DNA of 64,000 nt from Longimicrobiales bacterium (GTDB lineage Bacteria; Gemmatimonadota; Gemmatimonadetes; Longimicrobiales; Gaopeijiaceae): assembly GCA_963664435.2 (NCBI GenBank), contig CAXXKM010000003.1, positions 512,001 through 576,000 of the forward strand, given 5' to 3'. The notes below the pieces were generated by a model, which was not told the DNA's origin, searched no databases, and worked only from the letters and a program-made list of their open reading frames with translations. Numbering within the stretch: the first letter of the stretch is position 1; the number at the start of each line of letters is the position of its first letter. Below, piece by piece: positions 51,426 through 60,026 of the stretch. The position numbers and the translations under genes were made by a program.

Positions 51426-52304
51426 TCACGAGGAGTCCGAAACAGCAAAACGCGCTTCCGATACGATGGTGTCATAGCGCTCGACGAACTCGGCGAACTT
51501 GTCCCGGTCGCGGTTGTACGACCGCAGCCAATTCTCGATCCCCTTAGACAGTACAGTGATCACGAGCCTCGCGACGTGGAGCACCTTCATACCATCGACC
51601 AAGGGTGGAGTATCACGGTCGGGGTGCGTGAACCGCGGCAGGAGCCTGTGTGTTCGCCCCGACCGCACCTTGCGTGAATCGAGGTTGGTCATGTGGATCA
51701 GCGAGTTCCTGAGTTGCCACAGTTCGTCCGGCGTCACCCCAACCTCCCCGAGATTACAGTAGTCATCCAGCCACTTGGTGAAGCAGTTGCCGCGAATCGG
51801 GCCGTACTCGACGTACCCCAAGGTATCGATCGCGGAGAATACCAGCTTCAGGCAGGACACGTACTTTCTGTTGTTCCACAGCAGGTGGATCGCGTCGAAG
51901 TAGTCGTCTTGGATGAGCTGCGGAAAGTCGAAGCCGTTCTCGGTGAAATAGACCTGTAGGTAATCGGGCACCGCGCCGCTGCTCGACACGTCGCGGGTCT
52001 CGTCCACATGAACCTCTCCGTTCACGATGTGTGTGACACAGTAGACGGAGTTCTCATCCACGATGCCCTTGGCGGCGAGCGCCCCCGCGAACGGATTCAG
52101 GCGATCCATGGCTTCGAATTCACGCAGCAGAATCGGCTTCGCCAGATCCTCGCGTCGCGCGCGCCGATGGTCGCGCCGCACCCTCGACTGCAGGAAGTTC
52201 GTCAGTTCCTCGTAGCTCCCAGCCTTCTCGTACACGCGCCAGCCGACGGCGTGGACGTGCTTTCCATCCCCGTACAGGAAGATGTTGACGAGCGATTCCC
52301 TCAC
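51426..52304 (-). CDS. Hypothetical protein with HEPN-like C-terminal domain
   Basis: Helical domain with LRNSLIH (RxxxxH). Confidence 0.55.
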   Translation of the reverse strand: MRESLVNIFLYGDGKHVHAVGWRVYEKAGSYEELTNFLQSRVRRDHRRARREDLAKPILLREFEAMDRLNPFAGALAAKGIVDENSVYCVTHIVNGEVHVDETRDVSSSGAVPDYLQVYFTENGFDFPQLIQDDYFDAIHLLWNNRKYVSCLKLVFSAIDTLGYVEYGPIRGNCFTKWLDDYCNLGEVGVTPDELWQLRNSLIHMTNLDSRKVRSGRTHRLLPRFTHPDRDTPPLVDGMKVLHVARLVITVLSKGIENWLRSYNRDRDKFAEFVERYDTIVSEARFAVSDSS

Positions 52305-52387
52305 TGGTTAGAGCTTCCCTTCTACCGATGGCTGGTTGCTGAGGTCGAATGTTGCTGGCCTCCCGCAAGGTTGCGGGAAAACGGCGG

Positions 52388-53905
52388 TTACAGAAGCTCT
52401 AGCTGGCCCCCCGCGCAGCTGTGTTCGCGCAACAAGACCAGCGCCCTCTCATCGGCACCTAGCTCCTGAGCGACCGCGTGTAGGTCTAGGCGACTGAGTA
52501 GCCCCACCGTGATCGGTCGCTTGGAGTCCCAGAACGTGAAAGCGCACAGCAGCTCCTGGGCAGGCTCAGAACGCAGCAAATCACGTACGCAATCCGCTTC
52601 AGCCTTCGACCCGCAGGGCACGAAGTAGCAGGTGTCGTCCAGAACAATTGGCTTGCCCTCGAAGGACCCGACCGTGCGAAATTCGAGCTTCTTGTAGAAG
52701 CCAGAGATGGCAACGCGCCACGGTGCGAACGTGTAGGGCCCCACGCCGAAAACCGAGAACCGAGCTCGGTTCCGATAGATCGTGCTACCGCGACGGTCGA
52801 GGCGGTCGGCATGCGCGCATAGGTACCTCCAAGTCCGGGGAGCTTCAGACTCGATGCGATTGGTGTCATCCCCAATCGTCGACTGAGTCACCAGCATCCA
52901 TCGCGTCGGTTCGGCCACAGCACCATTCGCCACTTCGGAACTCTTCAGCATCGGAAACAGGAACCGGGGCTCAAGCTGCACCTGCTCTTGGAAGCCATTC
53001 ACGTAGGAGTCCGGGCCGCGTCGGCGCAGTTCCATGACCTTCGAGCAATCGTGCTTCACACCAGAGCGCCACCGGAATCGGTGCGGCCCTGCTAAGTGCT
53101 TCCACCTTTCGTAGAGCTCCAGTTCCGCCACGAGTTCTCCATCCCGGAGCCCGAATCGCGACGACGGCGCGGCAGCCTCAAGGGTATCGTACACGGCACA
53201 CTCGACTTCTCCACGCCGAGGAGAACCCGAGACCATGAACAAGCACGCCTCAACCGATGCTCCAAAATGCTTGTTGGCATCGATACGACGCACCTCCGCA
53301 TTCCTAAGCCGGTGTCCATGGCTCCACGCATGACGCAGGACCCGGCGAACCACCGCAACCTTGCAGAGGATGGCGAGGCTCGCTTCGTGCCCTTCGATCC
53401 AATCCAAGGCGCGCAGGAGCATCCACTCCGAAATGTCGAAGTTGCCCTTGCCCGTAAGGGCGTCGAGCCCGCGGTGACCCCGGAAGTTCGTCTTTTTCGG
53501 GAGATTCGAGCTTCCGAGGCGGCTGAGGTCTGCGCTCGTCACCCACGGTGGATTCCCGAGAACCAGTATTGGTCTCGGGAGCCCTAGGAGTACTTCGTCC
53601 CAATCTGTCCGGAAAAAATCGGCTTGGCGTACCTGAGCATCGGCATCCGGATAGGACCTGCGGAGGAGGTCCTTGGCCCTAGCCACATACTGGGGATTGA
53701 TCTCGAAGCCGAGTAGCCGTCGCGCCGACGGAAACGCCCGAATCGCAGCATCCAGAAAGGTCCCCGTTCCGCATGTTGGCTCAAGGACGCTGGCTGGACG
53801 AAGGCCACGGTCGACCAGAAGGGCACACACGCGGTTCGCCAGTGGCCGCGGCGTCTGAAAGTCGCCGAACTCGGCCTTGATTCTGGGCTTGGTCCTAGAG
53901 CGCAG
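52388..53905 (-). CDS. Type II amino-DNA methyltransferase (NspV-like by recollection)
   Basis: EFGDFQTP, LEPTCGTG, LGNPPW; probable CTG start. Confidence 0.85.
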   Translation of the reverse strand: MRSRTKPRIKAEFGDFQTPRPLANRVCALLVDRGLRPASVLEPTCGTGTFLDAAIRAFPSARRLLGFEINPQYVARAKDLLRRSYPDADAQVRQADFFRTDWDEVLLGLPRPILVLGNPPWVTSADLSRLGSSNLPKKTNFRGHRGLDALTGKGNFDISEWMLLRALDWIEGHEASLAILCKVAVVRRVLRHAWSHGHRLRNAEVRRIDANKHFGASVEACLFMVSGSPRRGEVECAVYDTLEAAAPSSRFGLRDGELVAELELYERWKHLAGPHRFRWRSGVKHDCSKVMELRRRGPDSYVNGFQEQVQLEPRFLFPMLKSSEVANGAVAEPTRWMLVTQSTIGDDTNRIESEAPRTWRYLCAHADRLDRRGSTIYRNRARFSVFGVGPYTFAPWRVAISGFYKKLEFRTVGSFEGKPIVLDDTCYFVPCGSKAEADCVRDLLRSEPAQELLCAFTFWDSKRPITVGLLSRLDLHAVAQELGADERALVLLREHSCAGGQLELL

Positions 53906-53909
53906 GGGA

Positions 53910-54566
53910 TCACCTCACTCGCAAGATGCCGTCAACAGCACCGGCTTCGGTGATCGCGCGACGATACTGCAGCCGCCACTGCAGGGCGTTCGAGATCGTC
54001 AGGTATCCGATGTCGGGAGGATTCGCGAGGACTTCTTCCGCGAGACGGTTCGCCTCGATCTCCTCCACAGGAAGCAACCGCTCCTCGAAGAAGGCGAGGA
54101 GGTCGTCCACGTTGCCGCTGTTCTCGACGATCCGGCGGATACCCGTGGTAGTCTGGAAGTCCGCAGTTCGCTCGGCGGTTACGTAGATCGTGTGAAGAAT
54201 GTTGAGCCGGGCGGTGTGAGTCTCCTCATCATCCGTCTTGTCGTAGACGAAGACGAGCAGCGAGTAGCCGAGGCCATACAGCTTCTGGCGCGCCGACTTG
54301 TAGGGACAGGACGACTGGGGTTGCTTGTGACTCGTGACCTTGAGGTCCACGCCGAGCCCCGGGAGGTCGATTCCTTTCGCCGAACTTCCCTCCTGGTAGA
54401 CGTACCTGCGGTGAAGGTCCTCCTGAAACTTGTGTTCCAGGTAGGTCCCGACGGCCTTGCCGTCCGTTACTCCGAACAACGACGGTTCTCGGTGCTCCGA
54501 TTCCGTCTCAGCGAAGGCGCGGGCTGCTCGGCAGAGCAGATCAATGGTCAGTTCACGTTTGCTCAG
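53910..54566 (-). CDS. Type II restriction endonuclease (NspV-like by recollection)
   Basis: TDGKAVGT, GIDLP..VDLKVTS, QPQSSCP, SNALQWRLQY; probable CTG start after AAGGAG. Confidence 0.75.
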   Translation of the reverse strand: MSKRELTIDLLCRAARAFAETESEHREPSLFGVTDGKAVGTYLEHKFQEDLHRRYVYQEGSSAKGIDLPGLGVDLKVTSHKQPQSSCPYKSARQKLYGLGYSLLVFVYDKTDDEETHTARLNILHTIYVTAERTADFQTTTGIRRIVENSGNVDDLLAFFEERLLPVEEIEANRLAEEVLANPPDIGYLTISNALQWRLQYRRAITEAGAVDGILRVR

Positions 54567-55024
54567 AACAGCTCCTTCGCTCGGGCCTTCGTGGGCGTAG
54601 CGTGTCGGCTTCTGTGGACGAGACAGAACCATGCCCCAAACGATACTGGCTTTGCGCGGCGGACGGAAGCTCATCCGCGGGGGGTTCCGAACCAGCGCGC
54701 TATCTACCGAGGTTGGCGCGAGGTGCTTCCGCCTCGACCAGACGGGGTGGACTGAAGACGCCCAGCGGCATCGGGCGGTACTTGGACTATCCCTGATTGG
54801 CCGCGACCAAACCGGGCAACGGCTAAGCCTCATCGGTGGCCTTCGGAGGGGCGACGGAGGTGCCGCTGGCGGAGGTCGATCCGGGTCCAGGACGACGCTG
54901 GATCCCTTGGGATTCCGGCTCGATTCACGGTGTTGACACCGGCCGAGCGGGGCTTCTCCGTATACGGTATGGAGACTCCGAAGACCCGGAATTGCCGCCG
55001 ATGGGGGCTGGCTCACGCCCTTAA

Positions 55025-55065
55025 GGTGCGTAAGCCAGCATACCCCCGGTATAACCGGGGGGCTG
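55025..55065 (-). other. oriT with ColE1-like nic site
   Basis: Minus strand GTATGCTGG^CTTA (ColE1: GTATACTGG^CTTA) next to the IR CCCCCGGT-ATA-ACCGGGGG, upstream of mobC. Confidence 0.75.
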
Positions 55066-55164
55066 GCGAGGGGCTTTGCCCCTTCGATCCCCAACAGACC
55101 CGCGCTCCGGTGGATTGCGCGGGCGGGGGCGTCGCCGCCCGTCCCCCCGTGGCGGCGCTGCCCG

Positions 55165-55503
55165 ATGGCTAGACGCCGCCCGGTCATCGTCGCCGTCCGC
55201 CTCACGCCGGAGGAGTCCGCCGACTGGCGGGCCAAGGCGGCGGCTGCCGGTGTGCCGCTGTCGGCGCTGCTGCGGCGGGCAATGGCGCGCACCCGGACAT
55301 GGACCGCCCCGGCGGCCGAAATCGAGCGCGAGCGTACCCGGCAGGTCTCCCGCATCGGGAACAACCTCAACCAGATCGCCCGGTGGGCGAATACCCACAA
55401 GGGGGCGGCTGAGGCCGTCGAGATCATCGCCCGGCTGGTCGCCATCGAACGGGCGCTCCGGGCGCTGGATCCGAACGAGAACCCCGAGGCCGATGCTCGT
55501 TAA
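55165..55503 (+). CDS. mobC: MobC/MbeC relaxosome accessory protein
   Basis: RHH N-terminus, RIGNNLNQIAR. Confidence 0.9.
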   Translation: MARRRPVIVAVRLTPEESADWRAKAAAAGVPLSALLRRAMARTRTWTAPAAEIERERTRQVSRIGNNLNQIARWANTHKGAAEAVEIIARLVAIERALRALDPNENPEADAR

Positions 55504-57058
55504 GTTTCTCGCCCGCGGGACCGGCTCGGCAGCGGCGGCGGCCGACTACCTCCTCGGCGAGCGGGACGCTGCCGGGGAGCCGCGCGAAGGCGTCGAGTTG
55601 TTGCGGGGAGATCCCCACCAAGTGGCTGCGATGGCCGACGCGCTGGAGTTCAAGCACAAATACTCCTCGGGCGTGATCGCCTGGGCACCCGACGACCATC
55701 CCACCGACGAGCAGATCAGTGCGGTGCTCGATGAGTTCGAGCGGACGGCTTGGGCAGGACTCGAACGCGATCGCTACGCCTGGGCGGCTGTGCTGCACCG
55801 CGAACGTGGTGGCGGCGCGCACGTCCACGTCCTCGCCGCACGGTGCGACCTCGAGACCGGGCGGAGCCTCAACATCGCGCCGCCCGGATGGGAGAAGACC
55901 TTCGGCCCCCTCCGCGACGCCTTTAACCACGAACACGGCTGGAGTCGGCCTGACGACCCCGCGCGGGCCAGGGTCCAGCAACCCGGCCACCGCGCCTACA
56001 TCGAGGCGGCGCGGCTGAGGACCGGCCTCGCCTTGGAGTCCCAGCCCCGCGACCTGATCCGGGACTACCTGCTCCAGCGTGTGGAGCACGGGACGGTGCA
56101 GAACCGGGCCGATGTTGTCGCGGCGCTGAAGGATGCGGGTCTCGAAGTGCCGCGCGAGGGCAAGGACTACCTGACCGCGCTGGACCCCGAGACCGGGGAC
56201 CGATGGCGGCTGAAAGGAGAACTCTATGGAGAGAACTTCGAGCGCGAGCGATTTGACCGACCGGCTGCGGAAGCGGCTGGAGAGCGAACGCAGGGAGATC
56301 GAGGAGTTGACCGCGAGCGAGCTCGGGCGGCTCGGCGAGAACTCGCGGCGCGTCGCGAGGAACGCGCTGCGTACAATCGAGCGCGATACGGAGGAGGCGA
56401 CCGGGCGGATGCGCGAGTTGCTGGCAAAGGCGTGGCAACGGCCCCTGATCGTCGGCCTGAGCCTTTGGATCGGTTTCTTCGGCGGAAGCTGGGCGACGAT
56501 GCGCTGGTTGGCGGGGAGCATCCAAGCCCGGATCGAGACCCGCGCCGAACTGGGCCGGGACATCGAGGACGCCCGGCGGACGCTGGCTCAACTGGAGGTG
56601 GACACCTGGGGGCTCGTGTTCCACGAGATCAAGGGCGAGCGGTTCGTGGTGGTGCCGGACGGGGTGCTGGCCCGTCCGCCCTGGTGGGTGGACGACCGTC
56701 CGGCGTTGAAGCTGTCGAACGAGTGAAGGAGGTCTATGACCGCGTTAGAGGAGCAGTTGACGAGGGCCTTGCGGAGGTTGTCCGCGCAGTTCGAGACGGC
56801 ACAGCGGCGGCAATCCGGGCAGGTCGAAGCCTTGCGGCGGCGCGTCGAGCGGCAAAGCGGGGAGAACGAAGCCTTGCGGCAGCGCGTCGAGCGGCTGAGC
56901 GCGGAGAACGAAGCCTTGCAGCGGCAAATCGAGCGGCTCGACGTGCTGGCGACACGCTTGGCCGAGTATTCCGGGACATCCGGCGCCGCGAGACCGCGCG
57001 GCCTCCGTATCTGATGCGCCGTCCGGGACCGGATCGGGATCAGGGTCCGAGCCGCTGA
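55493..57058 (+). CDS. MbeA-like MOB_P relaxase
   Basis: MLVKF..RGTG..DYLL, YSSGVI, VLHRE..HVH, SLNIAPPGW. Confidence 0.85.
   Translation: MLVKFLARGTGSAAAAADYLLGERDAAGEPREGVELLRGDPHQVAAMADALEFKHKYSSGVIAWAPDDHPTDEQISAVLDEFERTAWAGLERDRYAWAAVLHRERGGGAHVHVLAARCDLETGRSLNIAPPGWEKTFGPLRDAFNHEHGWSRPDDPARARVQQPGHRAYIEAARLRTGLALESQPRDLIRDYLLQRVEHGTVQNRADVVAALKDAGLEVPREGKDYLTALDPETGDRWRLKGELYGENFERERFDRPAAEAAGERTQGDRGVDRERARAARRELAARREERAAYNRARYGGGDRADARVAGKGVATAPDRRPEPLDRFLRRKLGDDALVGGEHPSPDRDPRRTGPGHRGRPADAGSTGGGHLGARVPRDQGRAVRGGAGRGAGPSALVGGRPSGVEAVERVKEVYDRVRGAVDEGLAEVVRAVRDGTAAAIRAGRSLAAARRAAKRGERSLAAARRAAERGERSLAAANRAARRAGDTLGRVFRDIRRRETARPPYLMRRPGPDRDQGPSR
56226..56726 (+). CDS. MbeB-like protein nested in the relaxase ORF (alternative frame)
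   Basis: AAAGGAG RBS; coiled coil plus TM; ColE1-like position. Confidence 0.65.
   Translation: MERTSSASDLTDRLRKRLESERREIEELTASELGRLGENSRRVARNALRTIERDTEEATGRMRELLAKAWQRPLIVGLSLWIGFFGGSWATMRWLAGSIQARIETRAELGRDIEDARRTLAQLEVDTWGLVFHEIKGERFVVVPDGVLARPPWWVDDRPALKLSNE
56736..57014 (+). CDS. MbeD/MobD-like protein nested in the relaxase ORF
   Basis: AAGGAGG RBS; MTALEEQLTRAL resembles the MbeD N-terminus; coiled coil. Confidence 0.7.
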   Translation: MTALEEQLTRALRRLSAQFETAQRRQSGQVEALRRRVERQSGENEALRQRVERLSAENEALQRQIERLDVLATRLAEYSGTSGAARPRGLRI

Positions 57059-57070
57059 CGGCCTCGGCGG

Positions 57071-57916
57071 CTAATCGCGATTGCCGGACGCCTGGCTCGA
57101 TCCGCCCGTCTGGAAGATTCGCCACACCCGACCGCCCGACGCAGCAACGTGGACTAACAACGCTGCCAAGAAGCTCCCGTATCCCCGCACGCGCACCCAC
57201 CGTGCCTTCCCCCTGCGATTCGCATCCAAGGCCTCGCAATACTCGATATGCAAGTCACTGAGTAGCGGGTCGTAGATTTGCTCGTAGGACTTCTTGGAGA
57301 ACACGAACTCGGCGAAGCCGCGCAGTGACGAACCTACCGGCCGTCGGACTTTGCGGCGACTCGCCAACCGCCCGAGCCAGTTCGTAGCGGTTTGCCCGAC
57401 TTTTCTTAGTCGCCGTCCACGCTGATCGCGCCCCCGCGCCTTTTCTGCGTGAGCGATCACGCGTTCCCCAGCATATCCGACGCGGAGGTCCAGAGCGTCT
57501 ACCCTGATCGCTTGGATGGCTCTATGAAAGGCCAAGCTGGAGGCGTTCCAGGCCTCCAGCGTCCGGCGAGCGTTCTCCTCCGCTCTTCGGATTCCTTCCA
57601 TCATGGGAGAGCAGTCGAGCGCCCTCAGCATCCGGCGAGCGTTCTCCTCCGCTCTTCGGATTCCTTCCATCATGGGAGAGCGGTCGAGCGCCCTCAGCGT
57701 CCGGCGAGCGTCCTCCTCCGCTCTTCGGATTCCTTCCATCATGGGAGAGCAGTCGAGCGCCCTCAGCGTCCGGCGAGCGTTCTCCTCCGCTTTTCGGATT
57801 CCTTCCAGCGGGGGAGAGCAGTCGAGCGCCTTCTGCGCCCGGCGAATGCTCTCCATCGCGGTGCTCGCCGCCTCTATCTGCCGCCGAAGCTCGGAGGGGT
57901 CGTGGAAGCCGTTCAT
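57071..57916 (-). CDS. PadR-coupled hypothetical protein with four 23-aa repeats
   Basis: ATGA overlap with padR; repeats ALDCSPMMEGIRRAEENARRTLR. Confidence 0.7.
   Translation of the reverse strand: MNGFHDPSELRRQIEAASTAMESIRRAQKALDCSPPLEGIRKAEENARRTLRALDCSPMMEGIRRAEEDARRTLRALDRSPMMEGIRRAEENARRMLRALDCSPMMEGIRRAEENARRTLEAWNASSLAFHRAIQAIRVDALDLRVGYAGERVIAHAEKARGRDQRGRRLRKVGQTATNWLGRLASRRKVRRPVGSSLRGFAEFVFSKKSYEQIYDPLLSDLHIEYCEALDANRRGKARWVRVRGYGSFLAALLVHVAASGGRVWRIFQTGGSSQASGNRD
57557..57830. repeat. 4 x 69-bp in-frame tandem repeat
   Basis: Units start at 57557, 57626, 57695, 57764. Confidence 0.9.
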
Positions 57917-58209
57917 GCCGTGCTCCAGGTGAGGGCGGCGACCTCCCGCATCCGCTCCCAAACGGTAAGGATGCGCTTGCCGTGCCCGGTGGCCTGATAG
58001 ACTCTCCGCGCGACTCCGCCCTCGGGTGCGTTCTCCAGGTGGGACTCGACGTAGCCCTTCTCCGCCATCCGGCCCAGGGTGACGTAGACCGTGCCGCGCT
58101 TCAATTCGTCGCTCGCACGGATCATCTCCAGGCCATACATGCTGCCCTGGTTCACAAGGAGGTCGAGGATGACCGCCTCCTTCGTCGACAACCTCGGCAT
58201 ATCTTCCAT
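57913..58209 (-). CDS. PadR family regulator
   Basis: MYGLE, GTVYVTL.RM..KGYV, RRVY..TG.G. Confidence 0.85.
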   Translation of the reverse strand: MEDMPRLSTKEAVILDLLVNQGSMYGLEMIRASDELKRGTVYVTLGRMAEKGYVESHLENAPEGGVARRVYQATGHGKRILTVWERMREVAALTWSTA

Positions 58210-58326
58210 GCACCTATCTTACATGATGTAAGACTTCCCCGCAAGATCCCGAGCGGGATGGAGGGTATCACCCCCCCGACGGACCCGAGTAACTTAGCCG
58301 CCGAAAACACCCGGCTGACGCTACGA

Positions 58327-59547
58327 TTACCGTGAACGGCTCAGGACTCCGGGCTCGATCTTCCCGGCCCGAAGCCGGTCCAGATAGTTGGCCCAAGCCT
58401 GCATCATCACGCGCCGCTCGGGCAGGAACGCCGTCCGGTTGTAGGCCCGACCGTTGGGATCCCTGACGGCGTGGGCCAACTGGTGCTCGATGAAGTCGGG
58501 CCGGAAGCCCAGCACCTCGTCCAGAATCGTGCGCGCCATCGCCCGGAACCCGTGCATCGTCATGCGCTCCTTCGGGATGTCCAACGCCCGGAACGCGCTC
58601 CAGAGCGTGCCACGGCTCATCGGCAGTTCGCGGTAGGGAAACCGCGCGTTCGGGAAGACGTAGCGGTGGTGCCCTGTCATGGGATGGACCTCCCGCAGGA
58701 TCGCGACCGCCTGCCGCGCCAAGGGCACCACATGCGGCCTGCCGGTCTTCGTCACCGTGTAGCGCCACTCGGCCCCCTCGATGTCGATGTCGTCCCACTG
58801 CGCCGTGACCAACTCGCCGAGGCGCACGAACACCAGTGGCGCGAGACGGAGCGCGCACCGAACGGGAAGCGTTCCGGAATAGGTGTCCAACTGCCGGAGC
58901 AACGGACCGACCTCCCTCGGGTCCGTGATCGCCGCGAAGTGCTTCGTCTTGACGGGCGGCAGCGCCCCGCGCAGATCCGCCGACACGTCCCGCTCCGCAC
59001 GTCCCGTCGCCACCGCGTAGCGTAGCACCCGCCCGCAGACCTGGAAGACGGTGTGCGCCTTCCTCAGATGGCCGCGCGCCTCGACGCGGCGAACCACGGC
59101 CAGCAGGTCCGGCGCGGTGATGTCCGCGACCGGACGAGCGCCGAAGTAGGGGAAGGCTTCCCGCTCCAGCTCGCGCTCAAGCCGCCGAACCCAGCCAGTG
59201 GACCAGTTGGGCGAGTGCTTGGTCAGCCATTCGGTCGCCACGGCCTCGAAACTGTTCCTGGCCCCTTGCCGCCGGGACTGCTTTCGGGCCTTCCGGTAGG
59301 CGCTCGGGTCGACGTCCCGTGCCAGCAGCTTGCGGGCCTCGTCCCTGCGCTGCCGCGCGAGCTTCAGCGAGACCTCGGGATAGATCCCCATCGAGATCCG
59401 CTTCTCCTTGCCCGCGAAACGGTACTTGAAGCGCCAAGCCTTGGTGCCGCGCGGGGCGATTTCGAGGTAGAGGCCGCGGCTGTCGTAGAGCTTGCGGGGT
59501 TTCTCGCGAGGCTTGGCCTTGCGGATGGCGGTGGCTGTCAGTGGCAT
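58327..59547 (-). CDS. P4-like tyrosine integrase
   Basis: N-terminal arm-binding domain (GLYL..WRFKY..G.YPEVSL..AR), VRLGE, HGFR, QLAH, AYNR. Confidence 0.95.
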   Translation of the reverse strand: MPLTATAIRKAKPREKPRKLYDSRGLYLEIAPRGTKAWRFKYRFAGKEKRISMGIYPEVSLKLARQRRDEARKLLARDVDPSAYRKARKQSRRQGARNSFEAVATEWLTKHSPNWSTGWVRRLERELEREAFPYFGARPVADITAPDLLAVVRRVEARGHLRKAHTVFQVCGRVLRYAVATGRAERDVSADLRGALPPVKTKHFAAITDPREVGPLLRQLDTYSGTLPVRCALRLAPLVFVRLGELVTAQWDDIDIEGAEWRYTVTKTGRPHVVPLARQAVAILREVHPMTGHHRYVFPNARFPYRELPMSRGTLWSAFRALDIPKERMTMHGFRAMARTILDEVLGFRPDFIEHQLAHAVRDPNGRAYNRTAFLPERRVMMQAWANYLDRLRAGKIEPGVLSRSR

Positions 59548-59720
59548 GTTGGGGCATCCTGTAAGCGCTGCGGAGATATGCCCCCAAAAGATGCCCCAAT
59601 AATCACCGGGATGTCAAGAAGTGAGAGGGAATCGCTCTGGAGGTGGTATGTCTCGTAATTCCTTTGCTCACAACACTTATTGGGACTTCTGAGAACGTCC
59701 CTGAACGTCAATCGACAGAA

Positions 59721-60014
59721 AACGGCAATCTGTCCAACACCGCTCTGCAGCAGGCCGGCGTCGCGGCCGCGCTGAGCCAGGGCCGGATCAACGCGGGCGT
59801 GGCCCAGGTGCTCGCCCAGCAGGCCGCCCGGGAGGCGAGCCGCGCGCAGTTGGCCGAACTCGCGCGGCTCGAACAACTCGCCGCGTGGAGCGAGAGCCGG
59901 GCGCGCGCCAACGCGATGGCGGGCACGCTTCGCGACGCGGCTTCCCGGAACCGGGGCGCGCTCCGCGACGGGCTGCTCTTGCGTGTCCCGTCGTTCTACA
60001 CGGGCGGCAACTAG
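59721..60014 (+). pseudogene. VirB5/TrbJ-like protein, 3' part
   Basis: NGNLSNTALQQAG... continues the 5' part in frame. Confidence 0.75.
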
Positions 60015-60026
60015 GGGGCGTTCGCG

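Larger units (their letters stand above)
47888..59734. mobile_element. Integrative mobilizable element (~11.8 kb) inserted in the virB5-like gene
   Basis: Direct repeat AACGGCAA(C/T)CTGTC at 47888-47901 and 59721-59734; arm-like (G/T)(A/T)TGCCCC(C)A repeats near both ends; integrase, AlpA, mob genes. Confidence 0.9.

Noticed and set aside
53910..55445. 511-aa ORF as one protein
   Set aside because: The N-terminal part is antisense to mobC and oriT; only the last ~220 aa match a restriction enzyme.
57557..57830. Possible CRISPR array
   Set aside because: Contiguous 69-bp in-frame units with no unique spacers and no cas genes.
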